From the NCBI GenBank assembly GCA_965116475.1, contig OZ220691.1, forward strand, positions 849,093 through 913,092: a stretch of DNA of 64,000 nt, read 5' to 3'. The stretch is from Gemmatimonadota bacterium. GTDB lineage: Bacteria > Gemmatimonadota > Gemmatimonadetes > Palauibacterales > Palauibacteraceae. The position numbers and the translations under genes were made by a program. Position 1 is the first letter of the stretch. The number at the start of each line of letters is the position of its first letter. This document shows, one piece after another, positions 19,366 to 27,782 of this stretch. Below the pieces are notes generated by a model, which saw only the letters and a program-made list of their open reading frames with translations, did not search any database and was not told the DNA's origin.

Positions 19366-22300
19366 GAGCCTTCGCCTCTTCTCAGCGTAACCTCCGGTGC
19401 TCCGGACCCCGGCGTACCAGCCTCTACCACTCCGCCCTCCACCACCCCGGCCTCCACCGGGAACGTTTCCTCGATGCCGTCCGGCCAGCGGACCGTGAGG
19501 GCGCGGATGTCCGCCGCGCGCCCCAGCACCTGCACGAACCCGTGGAAAGACCAATACCCGCTCCCCAACTGGATCTCCCGCGCGGGACCGCTGCTTCCAT
19601 CGGCGTATCGGGGGCGCAGCCTGGCGCCGGCGATGCCGGGAGACGCCCCGTCCGCGGACGCACCGCCTGCGGACGCGCCGCCCGGAAACGCCCCACCCAT
19701 GGACAGCCGAACGCGCAGCCCGGGGGCTCCGCCCTGCCCCCGGAAGATGAGGGTCTCGGCGCCGTTCTGCCCGACGGCCAGGTCCCAGCGCCCATCGGCA
19801 TCGAAGTCGGCCACGGCGGCCGCGCGGGCGTCCCCGTACACCTCGATTCCGCTCCGCGCCGCGTCGAGGACCGTGAACCCGCCCGCTCCGTCGCCGAGCA
19901 GCACGGCCCCGCGACCCGCGTCATGGCGTCCGAGACCGCGCGGCGTCGCGAAGTAGTTCTGCGCCAGAAAGAGATCCTCGCGACCGTCGCGGTCGAAGTC
20001 CGCCACGGCGACGCCGAAGGCGGGGGCGAGTTGGGCGGCCGCCGGCAGCGGGCGCGGCTCGAATCGACCGCCGACGTTGAGAAAGACGGTGTGGAGCAGC
20101 GTGACGGCGCTCGTCCGGTAGAGTCCCGTGCGCCCCGTTCCGAGGAGGTCGTCGACGGAACTCCGGGCGAAGGCTTCGAACGTGGGGGCCTCGCGCCGCA
20201 GGAAGGGGAGCGTCGTCCCGAGTGCGAGCAAGTCGCGCACGGGCCGGCGGACGCCGTCGGCCCCGGTCTCGAACTCGATGAGGTCGACGAGCCCGTTCCC
20301 GTCGAAATCTGACGCGACCACGCCGACCGGCCGCTCGGGGCTCGCGAAGCGCCCGGTGTTCGCTCCCCATGCCGTCACCGCCAGGTCCGGACGGCCATCG
20401 CCGTTGAAGTCCCCGGTCGCGATGCCGTTCCAGCGGCCGGTGTCCGCGCCCAGACCCCAGGCGTCCGTCGCGTCGCGGAAACGCCCTCCGTCGTTCTCCA
20501 GCAGCCGCACGGCCCCCCACTCCAGGGCGAGGAGAAGGTCGGGATCGCCGTCATCGTCGACATCGGAGAACACGGCGCCGGAGACAAGGCCGACCTGCCG
20601 CAGGGTCTCGGAGGCGTCCGCGTCGACAACCCAGTCGCCGCCCTCGGCCAGAAGCAGTCTCGAGTCGGCGGGCAGGGGGTAGGCGCCGGGGGTCGCGCGG
20701 GCGCCGGCGAAGAGGTCGAGGTCGCCGTCTCCGTCGACATCGGCGGCCGCCAGAGGCCCCGTCGCGTGGCGGCTTGGCGGGACGGCCGGCGCGGGGCCCG
20801 CATCGAGGCGGGCGAGGGGCGGAATCGCGTCGAGGTCGGCGGGCGAGAGGGCTTCCCAGGAGCTGACGCCCGCGATGATGACCGGGCGACCGGCCGTGGG
20901 GAGCGCGATGATGGATGTGTGGTCGCCGACGGCGGGGGCGCCGATGGGCACGGGGTCCATCAGCCGCCCGGCTTCGTTGACGGCGAGCTGGGCGCGCCCC
21001 CCCGCCCCCGCCCCGACGAGCAGATCGGGATCGCCGTCCGCATCGGCATCGATCCACGCCGCGCCCGGGCCGCCCCGGGACAGCTCGAGTGGCACGAGCG
21101 GCTGCCGGGCCAGCTCGTCGAAGGCCGATTCGCCATGCCGCCCGACCGCCTCCGAGCCCGCAAAAAGCGCCGCGCCGCTCCCCGGGCCGATGTCGGGGCC
21201 CGGGCCGCCATCCGCGGGCGGCCTCACCTCGTAGGCGTGGTTCGCGAGCACCCGGACCGTCCGGCTCCGTCCCGACGGCCAGGTGATCGTCGCTTCCGCC
21301 GCCTCGCCATCGCCGATCGCGAAGGTGAGCCCGGGATCCGAACCGGAGAGGTACATGCCGCCCGACGTCACCTGCCGCGTCTGGTCCGGCCTGACCGATC
21401 CCGCCGCGGCCGTACCCGCGAGCACGACGCGCGCCCCGATCGCCTGCGTGTTGCGGCCCTCCCCGAGTACGCGCAGGGCGACCCGCGCCCGGCCGGCGTC
21501 GTTGCGCAGCATGAGAGGCGGTTCGTCCAATCGCGTGATCACCACGTCGCGGTCGCCGTCGCGGTCGAAGTCCGCCGCCGCGATGCCGTGGCTCACGTCG
21601 GGCTCCGTGCCGTATCCCCACTCCCGGGTCATGGGGACGAAGGCGCCGTCGCCGAGATTGCGGAAGGCGAGGTTCCGCAGCCGGAGTGGCGGGAACACTC
21701 CGAGTTCCTCGCGCCAGTCGACCTGGATGCGGCGGGTCCGCAGCGCCTCCTGCGTGTCCCCGTCGAGCGGGTCCCATCCGTGTCCGTTCGTGATCAGCAG
21801 GTCCTCGTAACCGTCGAGGTCGACGTCGAGGAACATCGCCCCCCAGGTCCATTCCGAGGCGTCGAGCCCGGCGGCCCGCGCCGTCTCGGCCCACGTCCCG
21901 TCGCCGCGGTTGAGCTGCAGGGTGTTCCGGTCGGCCGACACCCGCGCCGCGTGGCCGCCGGGGGGCGTCCATGCGGCCGCGCCGAGGGCGACCTGCTCCC
22001 GTCTCCTCACGGAATCCAGCGAAAGCATTTCGGTGGTCACGAAGTCCGTGTCGCCGTCGCCATCGATGTCGGAGAAGTCGACCCCCATCGAGGAGGTGCT
22101 CTCGGTGCGGAAGGAGAGCCCCGACGCGGCCGTGAAGATGCCCCCATCGTTCAGCCAGAACCCGTCCCGGCTGCCCAGGTCGTTGGCGACGAAGAGGTCG
22201 GAATCCCCGTCGTCGTCCGCGTCGAAGAAGCGCGCGACGAGTCCCCACTCTCTCGGCACGTCCGTGACCGGCTCGCCGTCCGCATCCCGGAACGTGCCGC

Positions 22301-23318
22301 CTCCGGGGTCGACGGGCTCGAAGCGGCCCGACCCATCGTTGAGGTAGAATTCGTCCGGATCCGCGAGTTCGAAGCGCAGCACGCCTTCGCCCTCGCGCAC
22401 GAGCCGGTAGTGCTCGTCGAACGGGGGGTGGATCACGAACCCATCGCCGACGGGTTCGGCGATCTCGCGCGGCCTTCGTTCCGCGGGGCTGAAGAGGTCG
22501 TCCCCCTGGACCGTCTTGTAGTTGGCGAAGTACGCGTCGAGGTCTTCATCCCCGTCGATGTCGGCGAGGGCGAGCGTGCTGCTCCCCCATTCCCCCTCGA
22601 ACCCCGGCGCCGCTTCCTCGAAGACGCCGCTCCCGTCGTTCAGGAGGAGGGCGTTCGTCCCTCCGTGCACGGCTACGAAGAGGTCCAGGTCGCCGTCGCC
22701 GTCCGCATCGGCGAGGACGGCGCCCCGCGACAGCCGGTCGCCGAGCCCGGCCCCGGAACGCTCCGTCACGTCCTCGAAGCGCCAGCCCCCCAGATTGCGG
22801 TAGAGGACGTTGGGCCGGTCCAGCATGCAGAGGTAGAGGTCGACCCAGCCGTCACCGTCCACATCTCCGAGCGCCACGCCGACGCCGTGGATGAGCGTAC
22901 GATTCGCCAGCCGGGCCGCGCGCGACACGGTGGGGACCGCCTCGATGCCCGTTCTCCGCGGCGCCAGCGAGGTGAAGCCGCCTCCGGACTCACCCTCGAA
23001 CGACAGGAGGCGCGCGCGCGTTCCGTCCTCCTCGACCCAGTCGATCGAGATGGACGGGACAGAGGCATCGCAGGCGGCGAAGAGGCCGGCGGCGCAGGCT
23101 GCGGCGGAAAAAACGCGGAAGCGGGTTTTGCCGCGGGCGGCTATTCGCCGTCTCCGCGGAAGACGGACCGCATCCCCTCCACCGCGTCTCGGGCCCCTTC
23201 CGCCGCGCGCGCGAAGACCGCGGCGAGTTCCCGTTTCCCGGTGCCGACGAGCGGGATGTCGAAGGTGAAGTGGACGGCCACGCCGGCGGGGCGAACGTTC
23301 TCCTTCGGATCGGTCCAC
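19362..23318 (-). CDS. giant CRTAC1-family protein, two tandem FG-GAP + ASPIC/UnbV modules
   Basis: 1318-aa ORF with two FG-GAP/ASPIC modules. Signal-like KTRFRVFSAAACAAGLFAAC lies 63 codons inside the ORF. No in-frame ATG/GTG/TTG precedes it after the 23318 ATG, so the start is uncertain. Confidence 0.75.
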   Translation of the reverse strand: MDRSEGERSPRRRGRPLHLRHPARRHRETGTRRGLRARGGRGPRRGGGDAVRLPRRRRIAARGKTRFRVFSAAACAAGLFAACDASVPSISIDWVEEDGTRARLLSFEGESGGGFTSLAPRRTGIEAVPTVSRAARLANRTLIHGVGVALGDVDGDGWVDLYLCMLDRPNVLYRNLGGWRFEDVTERSGAGLGDRLSRGAVLADADGDGDLDLFVAVHGGTNALLLNDGSGVFEEAAPGFEGEWGSSTLALADIDGDEDLDAYFANYKTVQGDDLFSPAERRPREIAEPVGDGFVIHPPFDEHYRLVREGEGVLRFELADPDEFYLNDGSGRFEPVDPGGGTFRDADGEPVTDVPREWGLVARFFDADDDGDSDLFVANDLGSRDGFWLNDGGIFTAASGLSFRTESTSSMGVDFSDIDGDGDTDFVTTEMLSLDSVRRREQVALGAAAWTPPGGHAARVSADRNTLQLNRGDGTWAETARAAGLDASEWTWGAMFLDVDLDGYEDLLITNGHGWDPLDGDTQEALRTRRIQVDWREELGVFPPLRLRNLAFRNLGDGAFVPMTREWGYGTEPDVSHGIAAADFDRDGDRDVVITRLDEPPLMLRNDAGRARVALRVLGEGRNTQAIGARVVLAGTAAAGSVRPDQTRQVTSGGMYLSGSDPGLTFAIGDGEAAEATITWPSGRSRTVRVLANHAYEVRPPADGGPGPDIGPGSGAALFAGSEAVGRHGESAFDELARQPLVPLELSRGGPGAAWIDADADGDPDLLVGAGAGGRAQLAVNEAGRLMDPVPIGAPAVGDHTSIIALPTAGRPVIIAGVSSWEALSPADLDAIPPLARLDAGPAPAVPPSRHATGPLAAADVDGDGDLDLFAGARATPGAYPLPADSRLLLAEGGDWVVDADASETLRQVGLVSGAVFSDVDDDGDPDLLLALEWGAVRLLENDGGRFRDATDAWGLGADTGRWNGIATGDFNGDGRPDLAVTAWGANTGRFASPERPVGVVASDFDGNGLVDLIEFETGADGVRRPVRDLLALGTTLPFLRREAPTFEAFARSSVDDLLGTGRTGLYRTSAVTLLHTVFLNVGGRFEPRPLPAAAQLAPAFGVAVADFDRDGREDLFLAQNYFATPRGLGRHDAGRGAVLLGDGAGGFTVLDAARSGIEVYGDARAAAVADFDADGRWDLAVGQNGAETLIFRGQGGAPGLRVRLSMGGAFPGGASAGGASADGASPGIAGARLRPRYADGSSGPAREIQLGSGYWSFHGFVQVLGRAADIRALTVRWPDGIEETFPVEAGVVEGGVVEAGTPGSGAPEVTLRRGEGS

Positions 23319-23824
23319 CCGCCGTCAGGGTCGAGGGCGCCCTCGATGTGCACCTCGACGGTGTCCGAGACCGCCCCCACCTCCTGCGCCACCTTGGAGA
23401 GCCGGGTGGCGAGCGCGTCGTTCCGTGAGGGGTTCGACTCCCGCTCGTCGAGCCAGAGGGCGGGGGGGGCGACATCGATGTGGACGTAACCCAGCATGAC
23501 CTCGCCATCGAGTTGGAGCGCGTCGTGGCCCGGCACGTCCGACTCGGGCGAAGCCAGGTAGGTACCGAGCCCCTCGGTGCCGATGTTGGCGAGGCCGAGC
23601 GACATCTCATCAATGACGAGTTCGACCATGGCGGAGGGCGCGTGGAGCGTGTCCAGGGCGCCGGACTCCAGGATGTCGAGTTCCGACTGGTCGTAGGCGA
23701 CGGCGCGGAAGAACCAGGAGAGCGGTTCCTGACGGCCCTCGAAGAGGTCCCGCGCCCCCAGTCCCCGGTCGCGGAGGGCGCTGAGGAGTAGTGCGCTCAA
23801 CTGGTGTCGCGTGATTTCGGCCAC
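23141..23824 (-). CDS. hypothetical cytoplasmic protein
   Basis: 227 aa with balanced composition and no family recognised. Its stop TAG sits 2 nt upstream of the signal-peptide codons of the giant CRTAC1 gene. Confidence 0.55.
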   Translation of the reverse strand: MAEITRHQLSALLLSALRDRGLGARDLFEGRQEPLSWFFRAVAYDQSELDILESGALDTLHAPSAMVELVIDEMSLGLANIGTEGLGTYLASPESDVPGHDALQLDGEVMLGYVHIDVAPPALWLDERESNPSRNDALATRLSKVAQEVGAVSDTVEVHIEGALDPDGGWTDPKENVRPAGVAVHFTFDIPLVGTGKRELAAVFARAAEGARDAVEGMRSVFRGDGE

Positions 23825-23858
23825 GGTTCGTCCGACGCTTCCGGGTTCGCCTGATCGC

Positions 23859-24434
23859 CTAGGGGGTGATCATGACGTGGGCGTTCGCCGTGCCCGCCGC
23901 CATCAGCCAGGCGCCCCTCGTCGCCCGCGTGGGGAGGCCGAGGTCTTCGGCCGTCGCGAAGGGCGTGTAGATCACCGTCTGGTGCCGCTGCACCGCGTCC
24001 ATGTCTCCGGACCAGCCCTCGGCCGCGTAGATCGCGTGCAGGAAGGCGTAACCCGGCATCTCCAGCGTGCCCGCCTCGATCTCGGCCATCCGCTGCTCGA
24101 CGTTGGGGCGGCCGGTGGTCCCCTGCGCAGTGAGTTCGCGGCCGCGCGCCATGTAGGGCTCCAGCGACTCGTGGTAGCAGGCGGTGTGAAATCCGTCGGC
24201 GCCCGGGTCATCCGCGATGCAGATGAACGGTCCGGCGCCCTCGCGCAGCGTCACCCACTCGTCCCCCTGCTTCTGGATGACCTTCGCGGTCGCCTGCTCC
24301 GTCTCGGTGGGGATGGGCGCAACGGCGAGCGCGGTCGCGTCCTGCGCGGCCAGATTCGCGGGAACGACCGACAGCGCGGCAACCGACAGCGCGACGAGGG
24401 CCACGGCGAGGGCGGTGAACGAGCGACGAAACAT
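23859..24434 (-). CDS. hypothetical secreted protein
   Basis: Start at MFRRSF with signal peptide ALAVALVALSVAALSVVPANLAAQ; 191 aa; no family recognised. Confidence 0.6.
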   Translation of the reverse strand: MFRRSFTALAVALVALSVAALSVVPANLAAQDATALAVAPIPTETEQATAKVIQKQGDEWVTLREGAGPFICIADDPGADGFHTACYHESLEPYMARGRELTAQGTTGRPNVEQRMAEIEAGTLEMPGYAFLHAIYAAEGWSGDMDAVQRHQTVIYTPFATAEDLGLPTRATRGAWLMAAGTANAHVMITP

Positions 24435-24602
24435 GCGGTCCTCCTGGGGCTGGGACTTTCGGAGAATAGGCACTCGGCAGCGCCGCCGCGCAATCGAGAG
24501 CCCGCGCTGCGTTGCGCGCGGCCGTCACGCGGTCAAGATTCGCGGCGCCGCCGCACACGCGGCCGGACCGTGGACCAACACCGTGGATAATGGGAGTCGC
24601 CC

Positions 24603-25745
24603 TTGAGCGTTCGAATCTGTGTCCCGCGGGAGACCGCCGCCGGGGAGTCGCGGGTCGCCCTCACGCCGGACGGGGCCAGGCGCCTGCGCTCGGATGAGAT
24701 TTCGATCGCCATCGAGGCGGGGGCGGGACGGGCGGCCGGCTTCCCCGACGCGGACTACGAGGAAGCGGGCGTGGAGATCGTGCCCGATGCCGGCCGGCTC
24801 CTGGGCGAGGCCGACATCGTATTCAAGGTCGCTCCTCCCTCGGAGACCGAGGCGGACGGACTCAGGGAGGGCGCGGTCCTCGCGTGCCTCCTGCGCCCGC
24901 ACGAGAACGCGGCGCTGATCGAGCGGCTCGCCGGGGGCGGAGTCACGGCGCTCGCGCTGGAACTCGTGCCGAGAATCACGCGCGCGCAGTCGATGGACGC
25001 CCTCTCTTCGCAGAGCAACCTGGCGGGCTACAAGGCCGTCCTCCTCGGCGCGAACTCGCTCGGACGGATCTTCCCTCTCCTCATGACGGCGGCGGGGACG
25101 CTCTCCCCGGCGCGCGTGCTCGTGCTGGGGGCCGGGGTCGCAGGCTTGCAGGCGATCGCGACGGCGCGCCGGCTCGGCGCCGACACCTGGGGTTACGACA
25201 TCCGGGCCGCCGTGCGCGAGGAGGTCGAGAGCCTCGGCGCGAAGTTCGTGGACCTCGACGAGGGCGCCGACGAAGCCAGTGCGGGCACGCCGGAGGACGC
25301 GGAGACCGAAGGCGGTTACGCGAAGGAGATCGAGGAGGCGGAGCAGGCCCGGCAGCGCGAACTGCTCGCGCAGCACGTCGCGCGAGCGGACGTCGTCATC
25401 ACGACGGCCCTGGTGCCGGGGCGCCGCGCGCCCGTGCTGATCACCGACGAGATGGTGGACCGGATGAAGCCGGGCTCGGTGGTCGTCGACCTGGCCGGCG
25501 AGGCCGGCGGCAACTGCTCGCTGTCGGCGCCCGGGGAGACGGTCGTGGAGCGCGGCGTGACGATCCACGCACCGCTCAACGTGCCCGGTTCGCTGCCTTA
25601 CCACGCCAGCCAGTTGCTCGGACGCAACCTCTCCGCGCTCGTGAAGCCGATGATCGGGGAGGAGGGCGTGTCGGTGGACCTGGAGGACGATGTGATCGGG
25701 CCCTGCTGCGTGACCCACGCGGGAGAGATCCGGTTCGGCGCGTGA
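24603..25745 (+). CDS. pntAA: NAD(P) transhydrogenase subunit alpha part 1 (dI, AlaDH-like)
   Basis: VRICVPRE...TPDG N-terminus and NAD-binding GAGVAGLQAI; TTG start. Confidence 0.9.
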   Translation: MSVRICVPRETAAGESRVALTPDGARRLRSDEISIAIEAGAGRAAGFPDADYEEAGVEIVPDAGRLLGEADIVFKVAPPSETEADGLREGAVLACLLRPHENAALIERLAGGGVTALALELVPRITRAQSMDALSSQSNLAGYKAVLLGANSLGRIFPLLMTAAGTLSPARVLVLGAGVAGLQAIATARRLGADTWGYDIRAAVREEVESLGAKFVDLDEGADEASAGTPEDAETEGGYAKEIEEAEQARQRELLAQHVARADVVITTALVPGRRAPVLITDEMVDRMKPGSVVVDLAGEAGGNCSLSAPGETVVERGVTIHAPLNVPGSLPYHASQLLGRNLSALVKPMIGEEGVSVDLEDDVIGPCCVTHAGEIRFGA

Positions 25746-25829
25746 CGAAGCGCGTGCCGCGCGCATGACGACGGAGCCCGGAGCCGCGGCCGCGCGCCCC
25801 GGGCAACACTCAACGACGAGGCCTGGCCG

Positions 25830-26123
25830 ATGGAAGGAACGCTCCTGATCGGACTGTATGTGTTCGTGCTCGCGATGTTCGTGGGCTTCGAACTCATCAC
25901 GAAGGTGCCGCCCACGCTGCATACGCCGCTCATGTCGGGGTCCAACGCCATTTCCGGGATCTCGATCGTGGGCGCGCTGCTCGTGATCGGACGCGCCGGC
26001 GATGCGCTTCTCATGCGGTGGATCGGGCTGGCGGCGCTGATCCTCGCCACGATCAACGTCGTCGGCGGCTTTCTCGTCACCGACCGCATGCTCCAGATGT
26101 TCAAGAGCAAGGACGCGAGCTGA
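25830..26123 (+). CDS. pntAB: NAD(P) transhydrogenase subunit alpha part 2 (membrane dII)
   Basis: 97 aa, three TM helices; canonical short PntAB. Confidence 0.9.
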   Translation: MEGTLLIGLYVFVLAMFVGFELITKVPPTLHTPLMSGSNAISGISIVGALLVIGRAGDALLMRWIGLAALILATINVVGGFLVTDRMLQMFKSKDAS

Positions 26124-26126
26124 GCG

Positions 26127-27533
26127 ATGGAAATGTCAGGATTCTCGACGGCCATCCCGCTCGCCTACCTGGCGTCCGCGGTTCTCTTCATCCTCGGGAT
26201 CAAGCGGCTCAGCCACCCGGACACGGCGGCGGGCGGCAACAGGCTCGCCGCCATCGGCATGCTGCTCGCGGTAATCGCGACGCTGCTCGAGAGCGGCCTG
26301 GAGTACACCTGGATCATCGCCGGCGTCGCTATCGGGGGGCTGATCGGCGCCGTCATGGCCCGCACCGTGAAGATGACCGCCATGCCGGAGATGGTGGCGG
26401 TGTTCAACGGGTTCGGCGGGGCCGCCTCCGGGCTCGTCGCGGTCGGGGAGTACCTGCGCGTCGCCGGTGGTGCGGGCGGCGCGGAGACGCTCGCCATCGA
26501 CTCCGGCGTGTCGATCATGGCGGGGACGCTGATCGGCGCCGTCACCTTCTCCGGCAGCATGATCGCGTTCGGGAAGCTGCAGGGGTTCGTGACGGGCAAC
26601 GCGATCTCGAATCCGCTCGTGAAGTTCTCCGCCGGCCTCCTGCTGGGCTTCGCGGTGGTCCTGGCGGTCTACCTGGTCGGCTTCGAGTCGAACCTCGTCT
26701 TCTACTGGTGCCTGATCGCGGCCGCGCTCATCCTCGGCGTCCTGTTCGTGATCCCGATCGGGGGCGCGGACATGCCCGTGGTGGTGGCGCTGCTCAACTC
26801 CTATTCGGGGCTCGCGGCGGCGTCGGCCGGGTTCGTGCTCGGGAACAACGCGCTCATCATCTCGGGCGCGCTGGTGGGCGCCTCGGGGCTCATCCTCACC
26901 GGCATCATGTGCCGCGCGATGAACCGCTCGCTGGCGAACGTCCTGTTCAGCGCCTTCGGCACGGGATCGGCGGCGGCCGGGCGCGCGGCGGACGGTGACC
27001 GGGTGGCGACGCCGATCGAGGCCGAGGATTCCGCCATGGTCCTCGGCTACGCGTCGCAGGTCATCTTCGTCCCCGGCTACGGGCTCGCGGTGGCGCAGGC
27101 GCAGCACCGGGTGCGCGAACTCGCCGACCTGCTCACCGAGCGCGGCGTCTCCGTGCGCTACTGCGTGCACCCGGTGGCGGGGCGGATGCCCGGCCACATG
27201 AACGTCCTCCTCGCCGAGGCGAACGTGCCCTACGAGCAGCTCTGCGAGCCCGAGGACGTGAACCCGGACATGGAGAACATCGACGTCGCCGTGGTCGTGG
27301 GGGCGAACGACGTCGTGAACCCGCTCGCGCGCGACGACCCCTCGAGCCCCATCGGCGGCATGCCGATCATCGAGACGGACCGCGCGAAGACGTGCATCGT
27401 CATCAAGCGCTCGCTCTCCGTGGGCTACGCCGGCATCGACAACCCGCTCTTCTACCTGCGGAACAACCGCATGTTCTTCGGGGACGCCTCGGACGCCCTC
27501 GCCCGCATCACGGAGGAAGTGAAGCAACTCTGA
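26127..27533 (+). CDS. pntB: NAD(P) transhydrogenase subunit beta
   Basis: Membrane dII domain plus C-terminal dIII NADP-binding (VPGYGLAVAQAQH...GANDVVNP); 468 aa. Confidence 0.9.
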   Translation: MEMSGFSTAIPLAYLASAVLFILGIKRLSHPDTAAGGNRLAAIGMLLAVIATLLESGLEYTWIIAGVAIGGLIGAVMARTVKMTAMPEMVAVFNGFGGAASGLVAVGEYLRVAGGAGGAETLAIDSGVSIMAGTLIGAVTFSGSMIAFGKLQGFVTGNAISNPLVKFSAGLLLGFAVVLAVYLVGFESNLVFYWCLIAAALILGVLFVIPIGGADMPVVVALLNSYSGLAAASAGFVLGNNALIISGALVGASGLILTGIMCRAMNRSLANVLFSAFGTGSAAAGRAADGDRVATPIEAEDSAMVLGYASQVIFVPGYGLAVAQAQHRVRELADLLTERGVSVRYCVHPVAGRMPGHMNVLLAEANVPYEQLCEPEDVNPDMENIDVAVVVGANDVVNPLARDDPSSPIGGMPIIETDRAKTCIVIKRSLSVGYAGIDNPLFYLRNNRMFFGDASDALARITEEVKQL

Positions 27534-27782
27534 AGGCTGGCGGGGTGAGTTGCGCAACCTCAAGCGCCCTGGCGTTGCTCGATATCCGCACGAAGCCCGA
27601 TTCCGTGACAGGGCAGGTGGCCCGGGATAGCGACCCGCCCCGCCGTGATTGTCGCGGCACCCGTGGATAATCTAGGTTGGCGGGCCGCGGTCCGACCGGG
27701 CATGGCGTCCGGGAGATCCGCCGAAAACCGCAGCGAATCAAAAGCGAATCAAGTGTGCCGCCGTAACAGGAGCGAACGCCCC

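Noticed and set aside
17269-19956. 895-aa plus-strand ORF
   Set aside because: Antisense to the CRTAC1 gene; low-complexity translation.
23127-23318. Twin-arginine (Tat) signal for the giant FG-GAP protein
   Set aside because: RRRRIAARGKTRFRVF has Arg pairs but not the S/T-R-R-x-F-L-K consensus, and it sits 60 codons from the only available start, so a Tat assignment is not supported.
20551-23489. Long ORFs 20551..22248(-) and 20766..23489(+)
   Set aside because: Alternate-frame and antisense to the 1318-aa FG-GAP protein, whose repeats give clear DxDxDG motifs in the chosen frame only.
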